The notes beneath the pieces were generated by a model. It saw nothing but the letters and a program-made list of their open reading frames with translations. It ran no database searches and was not told the DNA's origin. Both the position numbers and the translations under genes were made by a program. From Eledone cirrhosa (lineage: Eukaryota), in NCBI GenBank assembly GCA_964016885.1, contig OZ024742.1:163556001-163620000 (forward strand): a stretch of 64,000 nt of DNA. Direction: 5' to 3'. Of the stretch, positions 10,401 through 24,649 are shown piece by piece. How positions within the stretch are numbered: the stretch's first letter is position 1; each line of letters begins with the position of its first letter.

Positions 10401-12629
10401 TTTTTTACAAATTATCTCCCCCTGATTTTTTTTTACAAATTATCGCCCCCTGATTTTTTTTTACAAATTATCTCCCCCTGATTTTTTTACAAATTATCTC
10501 CCCCTGATTTTTTTTACAATCTCCGCCTGATTTTTTTAAAAATTATCTTCCCTTGGCTGGCGGGAAATTATCTCCCCTTGGACGGCTGGAAATTATCTCC
10601 CCTTGGACGGCTGGAAATTATCTCCCCTTGGACGGCTAGAAATTACCTCTCCTTGGACGGCTGAAAATTATCTCCCCTTGGACGGCTGCAAATTATCTCC
10701 CCTTGATTTTTTTTACAAATTATCTCCCCCTGATTTTTTTTTACAAATTATCTCCCCCTGATTTTTTTTTACAAATTATCTACCCCTGATTTTTTTTACA
10801 AATTATCTCCCCCTGATTTTTTTTTACAAATTATCTAACCCTAATTTTTTATTACAAATTATCTCCCCCTGATTTTTTTTTTACAAATTATCTCCCCCTG
10901 ATTTTTTTACAAATTATCTCCCCCTGATTTTTTTTACATTCTCCGCCTGAGTTTTTTAAAAATTATCTTCCCTTGGCTGGCGGGAAATTATCTCCCCTTG
11001 GACGGCTGGAAATTATCTCCCCTTGGAAGGATGGAAATTATCTCCCCTTGGATGGCTGGAAATTATCTCCCCTTGCACGGCTGGAAATTATCTCCCCTTG
11101 GCTGGAAATTATCTCCCCTTGGACGGCTGAAAATTATCTCCCCTTGGACGGCTGGAAATTATCTCCCCCTGATTTTTTTTACAAATTATCTCCCCCTGAT
11201 TTTTTTACAAATTATCTCCCCCTGATTTTTTTACAAATTATCTCCCCTTGGCTGGCTGGAAATTATCTCCCATTGGAGGCTGGAATTTATCTCCCCTTGG
11301 ACGGCTAGAAATTACCTCTCCTTGGACGGCTGGAAAATATGTCTCCTTGGACGGCTGGATATTATCTGCCCTTGGACGGCTGGAAATTATCTCCCCTTGG
11401 ACGGCTGGAAATTATCTCCCCTTGGACGGCTAGATATTACCTCCCCTTGGACGGCTGGAAATTATCTCCCCTTGATTTTTTTTACAAATTATCTCCCCCT
11501 GATTTTTTTACAAATTATCTCCCCCTGATTTTTTTTACAATCTCCGCCTGATTTTTTAAAAAATTATCTTCCCTTGGCTGGCGGGAAATTATCTCGCCTT
11601 GGACGGCTGGAAATTATCTCCCCTTGGAAGGATGGAAATTATCTCCCCTTGGACGGCTGGAAATTATCTCCCCTTGCACGGCTGAAAATTATCTCCCCTT
11701 GGACAGCTGGAAATTATCTGTCCTTGATTTTGTTTTTATAAATTATCTCCCCCTGATTTTTTTTACAAATTATCTCCACCTGATTTTTTAAAAAATTATC
11801 TCCCCTTGGACTGCTGGAAATTAACTCGCCTTGGCTCGAAATTATCTCCCCTTGGACGGCTAGAAATTATCTCTCTTTGGACGGCTGGAAATTATCTCCC
11901 TTTGATTTTTTTTACAAATTATCTCCCCCTGATTTTTTTTACAAATCTCCCCCTGATTTTTAAAAAAAAATTATCTCCCCTTCGCTGGCTGGAAATTATC
12001 TCCCCTTGGACACTGGAAATTATAGCCCCTTGGAGGGCTGGAAATTATCTTCCCTTGGACGGCTGGAAATTATCTCTCCTTGATTTTTTTTACAAATTAT
12101 CTCCCCCTGATTTTTTTTTACAAATTATCTCCCCCTGATATTTTTTTACAAATTATCTCCCCCTGATTTTTTTTACAAATTATCTCCACATGATTTTTTT
12201 AAAAAAATTATCTCCCCTTGGCCGGCTGGAAATTATCTCCCCTTGGACGGCTGGAAATTATCTCCCCTTGGACGACTAGAAATTATCTCTCCTTGGACGA
12301 CTGAAAATTATCTCCCCTTGGACGGCTGCAAATTATCTCCCCTTGATTTTTTTTACAAATTATCTCCGCCTGATTTTTTTTAAAATTATCTCCCCTTGGA
12401 CGGCTGGAAATTATCTCCCCTTGGACGGCTGGAAATTATCTCCCCTTGGACGGCTAGAAATTACCTCTCCTTGGACGGCTGAAAATTATCTCCCCTTGAT
12501 TTTTTTTACAAATTATCTCCCCCTGTTTTTTTTTTACAAATTATCTCCCCCTGATTTTTTTTTACAAATTATCTCCGCCTGATTTTTTTTTAAATTATAT
12601 CTCCTTGGACGGCTGGAAATTATCTCCCC

Positions 12630-12873
12630 TTGATTTTTTTTACAAATTATCTCCCCCTGATTTTTTTTTACAAATTATCTCCCCCTGATTTTTTTTTACA
12701 AATTATCTAGCCCTGATTTTTTTTTACAAATTATCTCCCCCTGATTTTTTTACAAATTATCTCCCCCTGATTTTTTTTTTACAAATTATCTCCCCTTGAT
12801 TTTTTAACAAATTATCTCCCCCTGATTTTTTTTACAAATTATCTCCCCCTGATTTTTTTACAAATTATCTCCC
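12630..12873 (+). repeat. Example type B monomer run (consensus AAATTATCTCCCCCTGA-T7-10-AC)
   Basis: About nine consecutive poly-T monomers of 26-29 bp that differ mainly in T-tract length. Confidence 0.95.
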
Positions 12874-14289
12874 CTTGGCTGGCTGGAAATTATCTCCCCT
12901 TGGACGGCTGAAAATTATCTCCCCTTGGACGGCTGGAAATTATCTCCCCTTGATTTTTTTACAAATTATCTCCCCCTGATTTTTTTTTACAAATTATCTC
13001 CCCCTGATTTTTTTTTACAAATTATCTCCCCCTGATTTTTTTTTACAAATTATCTCCCCCTGATTTTTTTTACAAATTATCCCCCCCTGATTTTTTTACA
13101 AATTATCTCCCCTTGGCTGGCTGGAAATTATCTCCCCTTGGAGGCTGGAATTTATCTCCCCTTGGACGGCTAGAAATTACCTCTCCTTGGACGGCTGGAA
13201 AATATGTCTACTTGGACGGCTGGATATTATCTCCCCTTGGACGGCTGGAAATTATCTCCCCTTGGACCGCTAGATATTACCTCCCCTTGGACGGCTGGAA
13301 ATTATCTCCCCTTGATTTTTTTTACAAATTATCTCCCCCTGATTTTTTTTACAAATTTCCCAATGATTTTTTTAAAAAAATTATCTCCCCTTCGCTGGCT
13401 GGAAATTATCTCCCCTTGGACGCTGGAAATTATAGCCCCTTGGAGGGCTGGAAATTATCTTCCCTTGGACGGCTGGAAATTATCTCCCCTTGATTTTTTT
13501 TACAAATTATCTCCGCCTGATTTTTCTTTTAAAATTATCTCCCCTTGGACGGCTGGAAATTATCTCCCCTTGGACGGCTGGAAATTATCTCCCCTTGGAC
13601 GGCTAGAAATTACCTCTCCTTGGACGGCTGAAAATTATCTCCCCTTGGACGGCTGGAAATTATCTCCCCTTGATTTTTTTACAAATTATCTCCCCCTGAT
13701 TTTTTTTTACAAATTATCTCCGCCTGATTTTTTTTTAAAATTATCTCTCCTTGGACGGCTGGAAATTATCTCCCCTTGATTTTTTTTACAAATTATCTCC
13801 CCCTGATTTTTTTTACAAATTATCTCCCCCTGATTTTTTTTTACAAATTATCTACCCCTGATTTTTTTTTACAAATTATCTCCCGCTGATTTTTTTTACA
13901 AATTATCTCCCCCTGATTTTTTTTTTACAAATTATCTCCCCCTGATTTTTTTACAAATTATCTCCCCTTGGCTGGCTGGAAATTATCTCCCCTTGGAGGC
14001 TGGAATTTATCTCCCCTTGGACGGCTAGAAATTACCTCTCCTTGGAAGGCTGGAAAATATGTCTCCTTGGACGGCTGGATATTATCTAGCCTTGGACGGC
14101 TGGAAATTGTCTCCCCTTGGACGGCTGGAAATTATCTCCCCTTCGACGGCTAGATATTACCTCCCCTTGGACGGCTGGAAATTATCTCCCCTTGATTTTT
14201 TTTACAAATTATCTCCCCCTGATTTTTTTTTACAAATTATCTCCCCCTGATTTTTTTTTACAAATTATCTCCCCCTGATTTTTTTTTTA

Positions 14290-17200
14290 CAAATTATCGC
14301 CCCCCTGATTTTTTTACAATCTCCGCCTGATTTTTTTAAAAATTATCTTCCCTTGGCTGGCGGGAAATTATCTCCCCTTGGACGGCTGGAAATTATATCC
14401 CCTTGGAAGGATGGAAATTATCTCCCCTTGGACGGCTGGAAATTATCTCCCCTTGGACGGCTGGAAATTACCTCCCCTTGGACAGCTGGAAATTATCTGC
14501 CCTTGATTTTGTTTTTACAAATTATCTCCCCCTGATTTTTTTTACAAATTATCTCCACCTGATTTTTTAAAAAATTATCTCCCCTTGGACGGCAGTAAAT
14601 TATCTCTCCTTGGCTGGAAATGATCTCCCCTTGGACGGCTAGAAATTATCTCTATTTGGACGGCTGGAAATTATCTCCCTTTGATTTTTTTTACAAATTA
14701 TCTCCCCCTGATTTTTTAAAAAAATTATCTATCCTTGGACGGCTGGAAATTATCTCCCCTTGATTTTTTTTACAAATTATCTCCCCCTGATTTTTTTTTA
14801 CAAATTATCTCCCCCTGATTTTTTTTTACAAATTATCTACCCCTGATTTTTTTTTACAAATTATCTCCCCCTGATTTTTTTTACAAATTATCTCCCCCTG
14901 ATTTTTTTACAAATTATCTTCCCCTGATTTTTTTACAAATTATCTCCCCCTGATTTTTTTTACAAATTATCTCCGCCTAATTTTTTTAAATATTATCTTC
15001 CCTTGGCTGGCGGGAAATTATCTCCCCTTGGACGGCTGAATATTATCTCCCCTTGGACGGCTGGAAATTATCTCCCCTTGATTTTTTTTACAAATTATCT
15101 CCCCCTGATTATTTTTTACAAATTATCTCCCCCTGATTTTTTTTTACAAATTATCTCCCCCTGATTTTTTTTACAAATTATCTCCCCCTGATTTTTTTAC
15201 AAATTATCTCCCCTTGGCTGGCTGGAAATTATCTCCCCTTGGAGGCTGGAATTTATCTCCCCTTGGACGGCTGGAAATTATCTCTCCTTGGACGGCTAGA
15301 AATTACCTCTCCTTGGACGGCTGGAAAATATGTCTCCTTGGACGGCTGGAAATTATCTCCCCTTCGACGGCTGGAAATTATCTCCCCTTGGACGGCTGGA
15401 AATTATCTCTCCTTGGACGGCTAGAAATTACCTCTCCTTGGACGGCTGAAAATTATCTCCCCTTGGACGGCTGGAAATTATCTCCCCTTGATTTTTTTTA
15501 CAAATTATCTCCCCCTGATTATTTTTTACAAATTATCTCCCACTGATTTTTTTTTACAAATTATCTCCCCCTGATTTTTTTACAAATTATCTCCCCCTGA
15601 TTTTTTTTACAAATTATCTCCGCCTAATTTTTTTAAATATTATCTTCCCTTGGCTGGCGGGAAATTATCTCCCCTTGGACGGCTGAAAATTATCTCCCCT
15701 TGGACGGCTGGAAATTATCTCCCCTTGATTTTTTTTACAAATTATCTCCCCCTGATTATTTTTTACAAATTATCTCCCCCTGATTTTTTTTTACAAATTA
15801 TCTCCCCCTGATTTTTTTTACAAATTATCTCCCCCTGATTTTTTTACAAATTATCTCCCCTTGGCTGGCTGGAAATTATCTCCCCTTGGAGGCTGGAATT
15901 TATCTCCCCTTGGACGGCTGGAAATTATCTCTCCTTGGACGGCTAGAAATTACCTCTCCTTGGACGGCTGGAAAATATGTCTCCTTGGACGGCTGGAAAT
16001 TATCTCCCCTTGGACGGCTGGAAATTATCTCCCCTTGGACGGCTGGAAATTATCTCTCCTTGGACGGCTAGAAATTACCTCTCCTTGGACGGCTGAAAAT
16101 TATCTCCCCTTGGACGGCTGGAAATTATCTCCCCTTGATTTTTGTTACAAATTATCTCCCCCTGATTTTTTTTTACAAATTATCTCCCCGATTTTTTTTT
16201 ACAAATTATCTCCCCCTGATATTTTTTTACAAATTATCTCCCCCTGATATTTTTTACAAATTATCTCCACCTGATTTTTTTACAAATTATCTCCCCTTGG
16301 CTGGCTGGAAATTATCTCCCCTTGGACGGCTGCAAATTATCTCCCCTTGGACGGCTGGAAATTATCTCCCCTTGGACGGCTAGATATTACCTCCCCTTGG
16401 ACGGCTGGAAATTATCTCCCCTTGATTTTTTTACAAATTATCTCCCCCTGATTTTTTTTTACAAATTATCCCCCCCTGATTTTTTTATTACAAATTATCT
16501 CCCCCCTGATTTTTTTACAATCTCCGCCTGATTTTTTTAAAAATTATCTTCCCTTGGCTGGCGGGAAATTATCTCCCCTTGGACGGCTGGAAATTATATC
16601 CCCTTGGAAGGATGGAAATTATCTCCCCTTGGACGGCTGGAAATTATCTCCCCTTGGACGGCTGGAAATTATCTCCCCTTGGACAGCTGGAAATTATCTG
16701 CCCTTGATTTTGTTTTTACAAATTATCTCCCCCTGATTTTTTTTACAAATTATCTCCACCTGATTTTTTAAAAAATTATCTCCCCTTGGACGGCAGTAAA
16801 TTATCTCTCCTTGGCTGGAAATTATCTCCCCTTGGACGGCTAGAAATTATCTCTATTTGGGCGGCTGGAAATTATCTCCCTTTGATTTTTTTTACAAATT
16901 ATCTCCCCCTGATTTTTTAAAAAAATTATCTCTCCTTGGACGGCTGGAAATTATATCCCCTTGATTTTTTTTACAAATTATCTCCCCCTGATTTTTTTTT
17001 ACAAATTATCTCCCCCTGATTTTTTTTTACAAATTATCTACCCCTGATTTTTTTTTACAAATTATCTCCCCCTGATTTTTTTTACAAATTATCTCCCCCT
17101 GATTTTTTTACAAATTATCTCCCCCTGATTTTTTTACAAATTATCTCCCCCTGATTTTTTTTACAAATTATCTCCGCCTAATTTTTTTAAATATTATCTT

Positions 17201-17700
17201 CCCTTGACTGGCGGGAAATTATCTCGCCTTGGACGGCTGAATATTATCTCCCCTTGGACGGCTGGAAATTATCTCCCCTTGATTTTTTTTACAAATTATC
17301 TCCCCCTGATTATTTTTTACAAATTATCTCCCCCTGATTTTTTTTTACAAATTATCTCCCCCTGATTTTTTTTACAAATTATCTCCCCCTGATTTTTTTA
17401 CAAATTATCTCCCCTTGGCTGGCTGGAAATTATCTCCCCTTGGAGGCTGGAATTTATCTCCCCTTGGACGGCTGGAAATTATCTCTCCTTGGAAGGCTAG
17501 AAATTACCTCTCCTTGGACGGCTGGAAAATATGTCTCCTTGGACGGCTGGAAATTATCTCCCCTTGCACGGCTGGAAATTATCTCCCCTTGGACGGCTGG
17601 AAATTATCTCTCCTTGGACGGCTAGAAATTACCTCTCCTTGGACGGCTGAAAATTATCTCCCCTTGGACGGCTGGAAATTATCTCCCCTTGATTTTTGTT
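14290..17700 (+). repeat. ~1.2-kb direct duplication at offset 2201 bp, with an internal 647-bp duplication
   Basis: Pairs 14353/16554 and 15214/17415 (offset 2201) and 15214/15861 (offset 647). Shared GGCAGTAAA, TCTATTTGG and GGCTGAATATTA variants. Confidence 0.82.
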
Positions 17701-20700
17701 ACAAATTATCTCCCCTGATTTTTTTTTACAAATTATCTCCCCCTGATTTTTTTTTACAAATTATCTTCCCCTGATTTTTTATAACAAATTATCTCCCCCT
17801 GATATTTTTTACAAATTATCTCCCCCTGATTTTTTTACAAAGTATCTCCCCTTGGCTGGCTGGAAATTATCTCCCCTTGGAGGCTGGAATTTATCTCCCC
17901 TTGGACGGTTAGAAATTACCTCTCCTTGGACGGCAAGAAAATATGTCTCCTTGGACGGCTGGAAATTATCTCCCCTTGGACGGCTGGAAATTATCTCCCC
18001 TTGGACGGCTGGAAATTATCTCCCCTTGGACGGCTAGATATTACCTCCCCTTGGACGGCTGGAAATTATCTCCCCTTGATTTTTTTTACAAATTATCTCC
18101 CCCTGATTTTTTTTACAAATTATCTCCCCCTGATTTTTTTACAAATTATCTCCCCCTGATTTTTTTACAAATTATCTCCCCCTGATTTTTTTTACAAATT
18201 ATCTCCGCCTAATTTTTTTAAATATTATCTTCCCTTGGCTGGCGGGAAATTATCTCCCCTTGGACGGCTGAAAATTATCTCCCTTTGGACGGCTGGAAAT
18301 TATCTCCCCTTGATTTTTTTTACAAATAAACTCCCCCTGATTATATTTTACAAATTATCTCCCCCTGATTTTTTTTACAAATTATCTCCCCCTGATTTTT
18401 TTACAAATTATCTCCCCTTGGCTGGCTGGAAATTATCTCCCCTTGGAGGCTGGAATTTATCTCCCCTTGGACGGCTGGAAATTATCTCTCCTTGGACGGC
18501 TAGAAATTACCTCTCCTTGGACGGCTGGAAAATAATTCTCCTTGGACGGCTGGAAATTATCTCCCCTTGCACGGCTGGAAATTATCTCCCCTTGGACGGC
18601 TGGAAATTATCTCTCCTTGGACGGCTAGAAATTACCTCTCCTTGGACGGCTGAAAATTATCTCCCCTTGGACGGCTGGAAATTATCTCCCCTTGATTTTT
18701 GTTACAAATTATCTCCCTCTGATTTTTTTTTTACAAATTATCTCCCCCTGATTTTTTTTTACAAATTATCTCCCCCTGATATTTTTTACAAATTATCCCC
18801 CCCTGATTTTTTTACAAATTATCTCCCCTTGGCTGGCTGGAAATTATCTCCCCTTGGAGGCTGGAATTTATCTCCCCTTGGACGGTTAGAAATTACCTCT
18901 CCTTGGACGGCAAGAAAATATGTCTCCTTGGACGGCTGGAAATTATCTCCCCTTGGACGGCTGGAAATTATCTCCCCTTGGACGGCTGGAAATTATCTCC
19001 CCTTGGACGGCTAGATATTACCTCCCCTTGGACGGCTGGAAATTATCTCCCCTTGATTTTTTTTACAAATTATCTCCCCCTAATTTTTTTTACAAATTAT
19101 CTCCCCCTGATTTTTTTTACGAATTATCTCCCCCTGATTTTTTTTTACAAACTATCTCCGCCTGATTTTTTTTTAAAAATGATCTCCCCTTGGACGGCTG
19201 GAAATTATCTCCCCTTGGACGGCTGCAAATTATCTCCCCTTGATTTTTTTAACAAATTATCTCCCCCTGATTTTTTTTACAAATTATCTCCCCCTGATTT
19301 TTTTTACAAATTATCTACGCCTAATTTTTTTTACAAATTATCTCCTGATTTTTTTTACAAATTATCTCCCCCTGATTTTTTTTTACAAATTATCTCCCCC
19401 TGATTTTTTTTTACAAATTATCTCCCCCCTGATTTTTTTTACAATCTCCGCCTGATTTTTTTAAAAATTATCTTCCCTTGGCTGGCGGGAAATTATCTCC
19501 CCTTGGACGGCTGGAAATTATATCCCCTTGGAAGGATGGAAATTATCTCCCCTTGGACGGCTGGAAATTATCTCCCCTTGGACGGCTGGAAATTATCTCC
19601 CCTTGGACAGCTGGAAATTATCTGCCCTTGATTTTGTTTTTACAAATTATCTCCCCCTGATTTTTTTTACAAATTATCTCCACCTGATTTTTTAAAAAAT
19701 TATCTCCCCTTGGACGGCAGTAAATTATCTCTCCTTGGCTGGAAATTATCTCCCCTTGGACGGCTAGAAATTATCTCTATTTGGACGGCTGGAAATTATC
19801 TCCCTTTGATTTTTTTTACAAATTATCTCCCCCTGATTTTTTTTAAAAATTATATCTCCTTGGACGACTGGAAATTATCTCCCCTTGATTTTTTTTACAA
19901 ATTATCTCCCCCTGATTTTTTTTTACAAATTATCTCCGCCTGATTTTTTTTTAAAAATTATCTCCCCTTGGACGGCTGGAAATTATCTCCCCTTGGACGG
20001 CTGGAAATTATCTCCCCTTGGACGGCTAGAAATTACCTCTCCTTGGACGGCTGAAAATTATCTCCCCTTGGACGGCTGCAAATTATCTCCCCTTGATTTT
20101 TTTAACAAATTATCTCCCCCTGATTTTTTTTTACAAATTATCTCCCCCTGATTTTTTTTTACAAATTATCTACGCCTAATTTTTTTTACAAATTATCTCC
20201 CCCTGATTTTTTTTTACAAATTATCTCCCCGTGATTTTTTTTACAAATTATCTCCCCCTGATTTTTTTTTACAAATTATCTCCGCCTGATTTTTTTTTAA
20301 AATTATCTCTGCTTGGACGGCTGGATATTATCTCCCCTTTCATTTTTTTTACAAATTATCTCCCCCTGATTTTTTTTTACAAATTATCTACCCCTGATTT
20401 TTTTTTACAAATTATCTCCCCCTGATTTTTTTTACAAATTATCTCCCCCTGATTTTTTTTTTACAAATTATTTCCCCCTGATTTTTTTACAAATTATCTG
20501 CCCCTGATTTTTTTTACAAATTATCTCCGCCTGATTTTTTTAAATATTATCTTACCTTGGCTGGCGGGAAATTATCTCTCCTTGGACGGCTGAAAATTAT
20601 CTCCCCTTGGACGGCTGGAAATTATCTCCCCTTGATTTTTTTTACAAATTATCTCCCCCTGATTTTTTTTACAAATTATCTCCCCCTGATTTTTTTTTAC

Positions 20701-23700
20701 AAATTATCTCCCCCTGATTTTTTTTTACAAATTATCTCCCCCTGATTTTTTTTACAAATTATCTCCCCCTGATTTTTTTACAAATTATCTCCCCTTGGAT
20801 GGCTGGAAATTATCTCCCCTTGGAGGCTGGAATTTATCTCCCCTTGGACGGCTAGAAATTACCTCTCCTTGGACGGCTGGAAAATATGTCCTTGGACGGC
20901 TGGATATTATCTACCCTTGGACAGCTGGAAATTATCTCCCCTTGGACGGCTGGAAATTATCTCCCCTTGGACGGCTAGATATTACCTCCCCTTGGACGGC
21001 TGGAAATTATCTCCCCTTGATTTATTTTACAAATTATCTCCCCCTGATTTTTTTTTACAAATTATCTCCCCCTGATTTTTTTTTTACAAATTATCTACCC
21101 CTGATTTTTTTTTACAAATTATCTCCCCCTGATTTTTTTTACAAATTATCTCCCTGATTTTTTACAAATTATCTCCCCCTGATTTTTTTACAAATTATCT
21201 TCCCTTGGCTGGCGGGAAATTATCTCCCCTTGGACGGCTGGAAATTATCTCCCCTTGCACGGCTGGAAATTATCTCCCCTTGGTCGGCTAGAAATTACCT
21301 CTCCTTGGACGGCTGAAAATTATCTCCCCTTGGACGGCTGGAAATTATCTCCCCTTGGAAGGCTGGAAATTATCTCCCCTTGGACGGCTGGAAATTATCT
21401 CCCCTTGCACGGCTGGAAATTATCTCCCCTTGGACAGCTGGAAATTATCTGCCCTTGATTTTGTTTTTACAAATTATCTCCCCTGATTTTTTTTACAAAT
21501 TATCTCCACCTGATTTTTTAAAAAATTATCTCCCCTTGGACGGCTGGAAATTATCTCCCCTTGGACGGCTAGAAATTATCTCTCTTTGGACGGCTGGAAA
21601 TTATCTCCCTTTGATTTTTTTTACAAATTATCTCCCTCTGATTTTTTTTACAAATTGCCCCCTGATTTTTTAAAAAAAATTATCTCCCCTTCGCTGGCTG
21701 GAAATTATCTCCCCTTGGACACTGGAAATTATAGCCCCTTGGAGGGCTGGAAATTATCTTCCCTTGGACGGCTGGAAATTATCTCCCCTTGATTTTTTTT
21801 ACAAATTATCTCCCCCTGATTTTTTTTACAAATTATCTCCCCCTGATTTTTTTTTACAAATTATCTCCGCCTGATTTTTTTTTAAAATTATCTCTCCTTG
21901 GACGGCTGGAAATTATCTCCCCTTGATTTTTTTTACAAATCATCTCCCCCTGATTTTTTTTACAAATTATCTCCCCCTGATTTTTTTTTACAAATTATCT
22001 ACCCCTGATTTTTTTTTACAAATTATCTCCCCCTGATTTTTTTTACAAATTATCTCCCCCTGATTTTTTTTACAAATTATCTCCCCCTCATTTTTTTACA
22101 AATTATCTCCCCCTGATTTTTTTTACAAATTATCTCCGCCTAATTTTTTTAAATATTATCTCCCCTTGGACGGCTGAAAATGATCTCCCCTTGGACGGCT
22201 GGAAATTATCTCCCCTTGATTTTTTTACAAATTATCTCCCCCTGATTATTTTTTACAAATTATCTCCCCCTGATTTTTTTACAAATCATCTCCCCCTGAT
22301 TTTTTTTTACAAATTATCTCCCCCTGATATTTTTTACAAATTATCTCCCCCTGATTTTTTTACAAAGTATCTCCCCTTGGCTGGCTGGAAATTATCTCCC
22401 CTTGGAGGCTGGAATTTATCTCCCCTTGGACGGCTAGAAATTACCTCGCCTTGGACGGCTGGAAAATGTCTCCTTGGACGGCTGGAAATTATCTCCCCTT
22501 GGACGGCTGGAAATTATCTCCCCTTGGACGGCTAGATATTACCTCCCCTTGGACGGCTGGAAATTATCTCCCCTTGATTTTTTTTACAAATTATCTCCCC
22601 CTGATTTTTTTTTACAAATTATCTCCCCCTGATTTTTTTTACGAATTATCTCCCCCTGATTTTTTTTTACAAATTATCTCCGCCTGATTTTTTTTTTAAA
22701 ATTATCTCCCCTTGGACGGCTGGAAATTATCTCCCCTTGGACGGCTGGAAATTATCTCCCCTTGGACGGCTAGAAATTACCTCTCCTTGGACGGCTGAAA
22801 ATTATCTCCCCATGGACGGCTGCAAATTATCTCCCCTTGATTTTTTTAACAAATTATCTCCCCCTGATTTTTTTTTACAAATTATCTCCCCCTGATTTTT
22901 TTTTACAAATTATCTCCCCCTGATTTTTTTTTACAAATTATCTCCCCCTGATTTTTTTTTACAAATTATCTCCCCCTGATTTTTTTTACAATCTCCGCCT
23001 GATTTTTTTAAAAATTATCTTTCCTTGGCTGGCGGGAAATTATCTCCCCTTGGACGGCTGGAAATTATATCGCCTTGGAAGGATGGAAATTATCTCCCCT
23101 TGGACGGCTGGAAATTATCTCCCCTTGGACGGCTGGAAATTATCTGCCCTTGATTTTGTTTTTACAAATTATCTCCCCCTGATTTTTTTTACAAATTATC
23201 TCCACCTGATTTTTTTAAAAATCATCTCCCCTTGGACGGCTGGAAATTATCTCCCCTTGATTTTTTTTACAAATTATCTCCCCCTGATTTTTTTTTACAA
23301 ATTATCTCCCCCTGATTTTTTTTTACAAATTATCTTCGCCTGATTTTTTAAAAAAATTATCTCTCCTTGGACGGCTGGATATTATCTCCCCTTTCATTTT
23401 TTTTACAAATTATCTCCCCCTGATATTTTTTTACAAATTATCTCCCCCTGATTTTTTTTTACAAATTATCTACCCCTGATTTTTTTTTACAAATTATCTC
23501 CCCCTGATTTTTTTTACAAATTATCTCCCCCTGATTTTTTTACAAATTATCTCCCCCTGATTTTTTTTACAAATTATCTCCGCCTGATTTTTTTAAATAT
23601 TATCTTCCCTTGGCTGGCGGGAAATTATCTCCCCTTGGACGGCTGAAAATTATCTCCCCTTGGACGGCTGGAAATTATCTCCCCTTGATTTTTTTTACAA

Positions 23701-24649
23701 ATTATCTCCCCCTGATTTTTTTTTACAAATTATCTCCCCCTGATTTTTTTTTACAAATTATCTCCCCCTGATTTTTTTTTACAAATTATCTCCCCCTGAT
23801 TTTTTTTACAAATTATCTCCCCATGATTTTTTTACAAATTATCTCCCCTTGGCTGGCTGGAAATTATCTCCCCTTGGAGGCTGGAATTTATCTCCCCTTA
23901 GACGGCTAGAAATTACCTCTCCTTGGACGGCTGGAAAATATGTCTCCTTGGACGGCTGGATATTATCTACCCTTGGACGGCTGGAAATTATCTCCCCTTG
24001 GACGGCTGGAAATTATCTCCCCTTGGACGGCTAGATATTACCTCCCCTTGGACGGCTGGAAATTATCTCCCCTTGATTTTTTTTACAAATTATCTCCCCC
24101 TGATTTTTTTTACAAATTATCTCCCCCTGATTTTTTTACAAATTATCTCTCCCTGATTTTTTTTACAAATTATCTCCGCCTAATTTTTTTAAATATTATC
24201 TTCCCTTGGCTGGCGGGAATTTATCTCCCCTTGGACGGCTGAAAATTATCTCCCCTTGGACGGCTGGAAATTATCTCCCCTTGATTTTTTTTACAAATTA
24301 TCTCCCCCTGATTATTTTTTACAAATTATCTCTCCCTGATTTTTTTTTACAAATTATCTCCCCCTGATTTTTTTTACAAATTATCTCCCCCTGATCTTTT
24401 TACAAATTATCTCCCCTTGGCTGGCTGGAAATTATCTCCCCTTGGAGGCTGGAATTTATCTCCCCTTGGACGGCTAGAAATTACCTCTCCTTGGACGGCT
24501 GGAAAATATGTCTCCTTGGACGGCTGGAAATTATCTCCCCTTGGACGGCTGGAAATTATCTCCCCTTGGACGGCTGGAAATTATCTCCCCTTGATTTTTG
24601 TTACAAATTATCTCACCCTGATTTTTTTTTACAAATTATCTCCCCCTGA

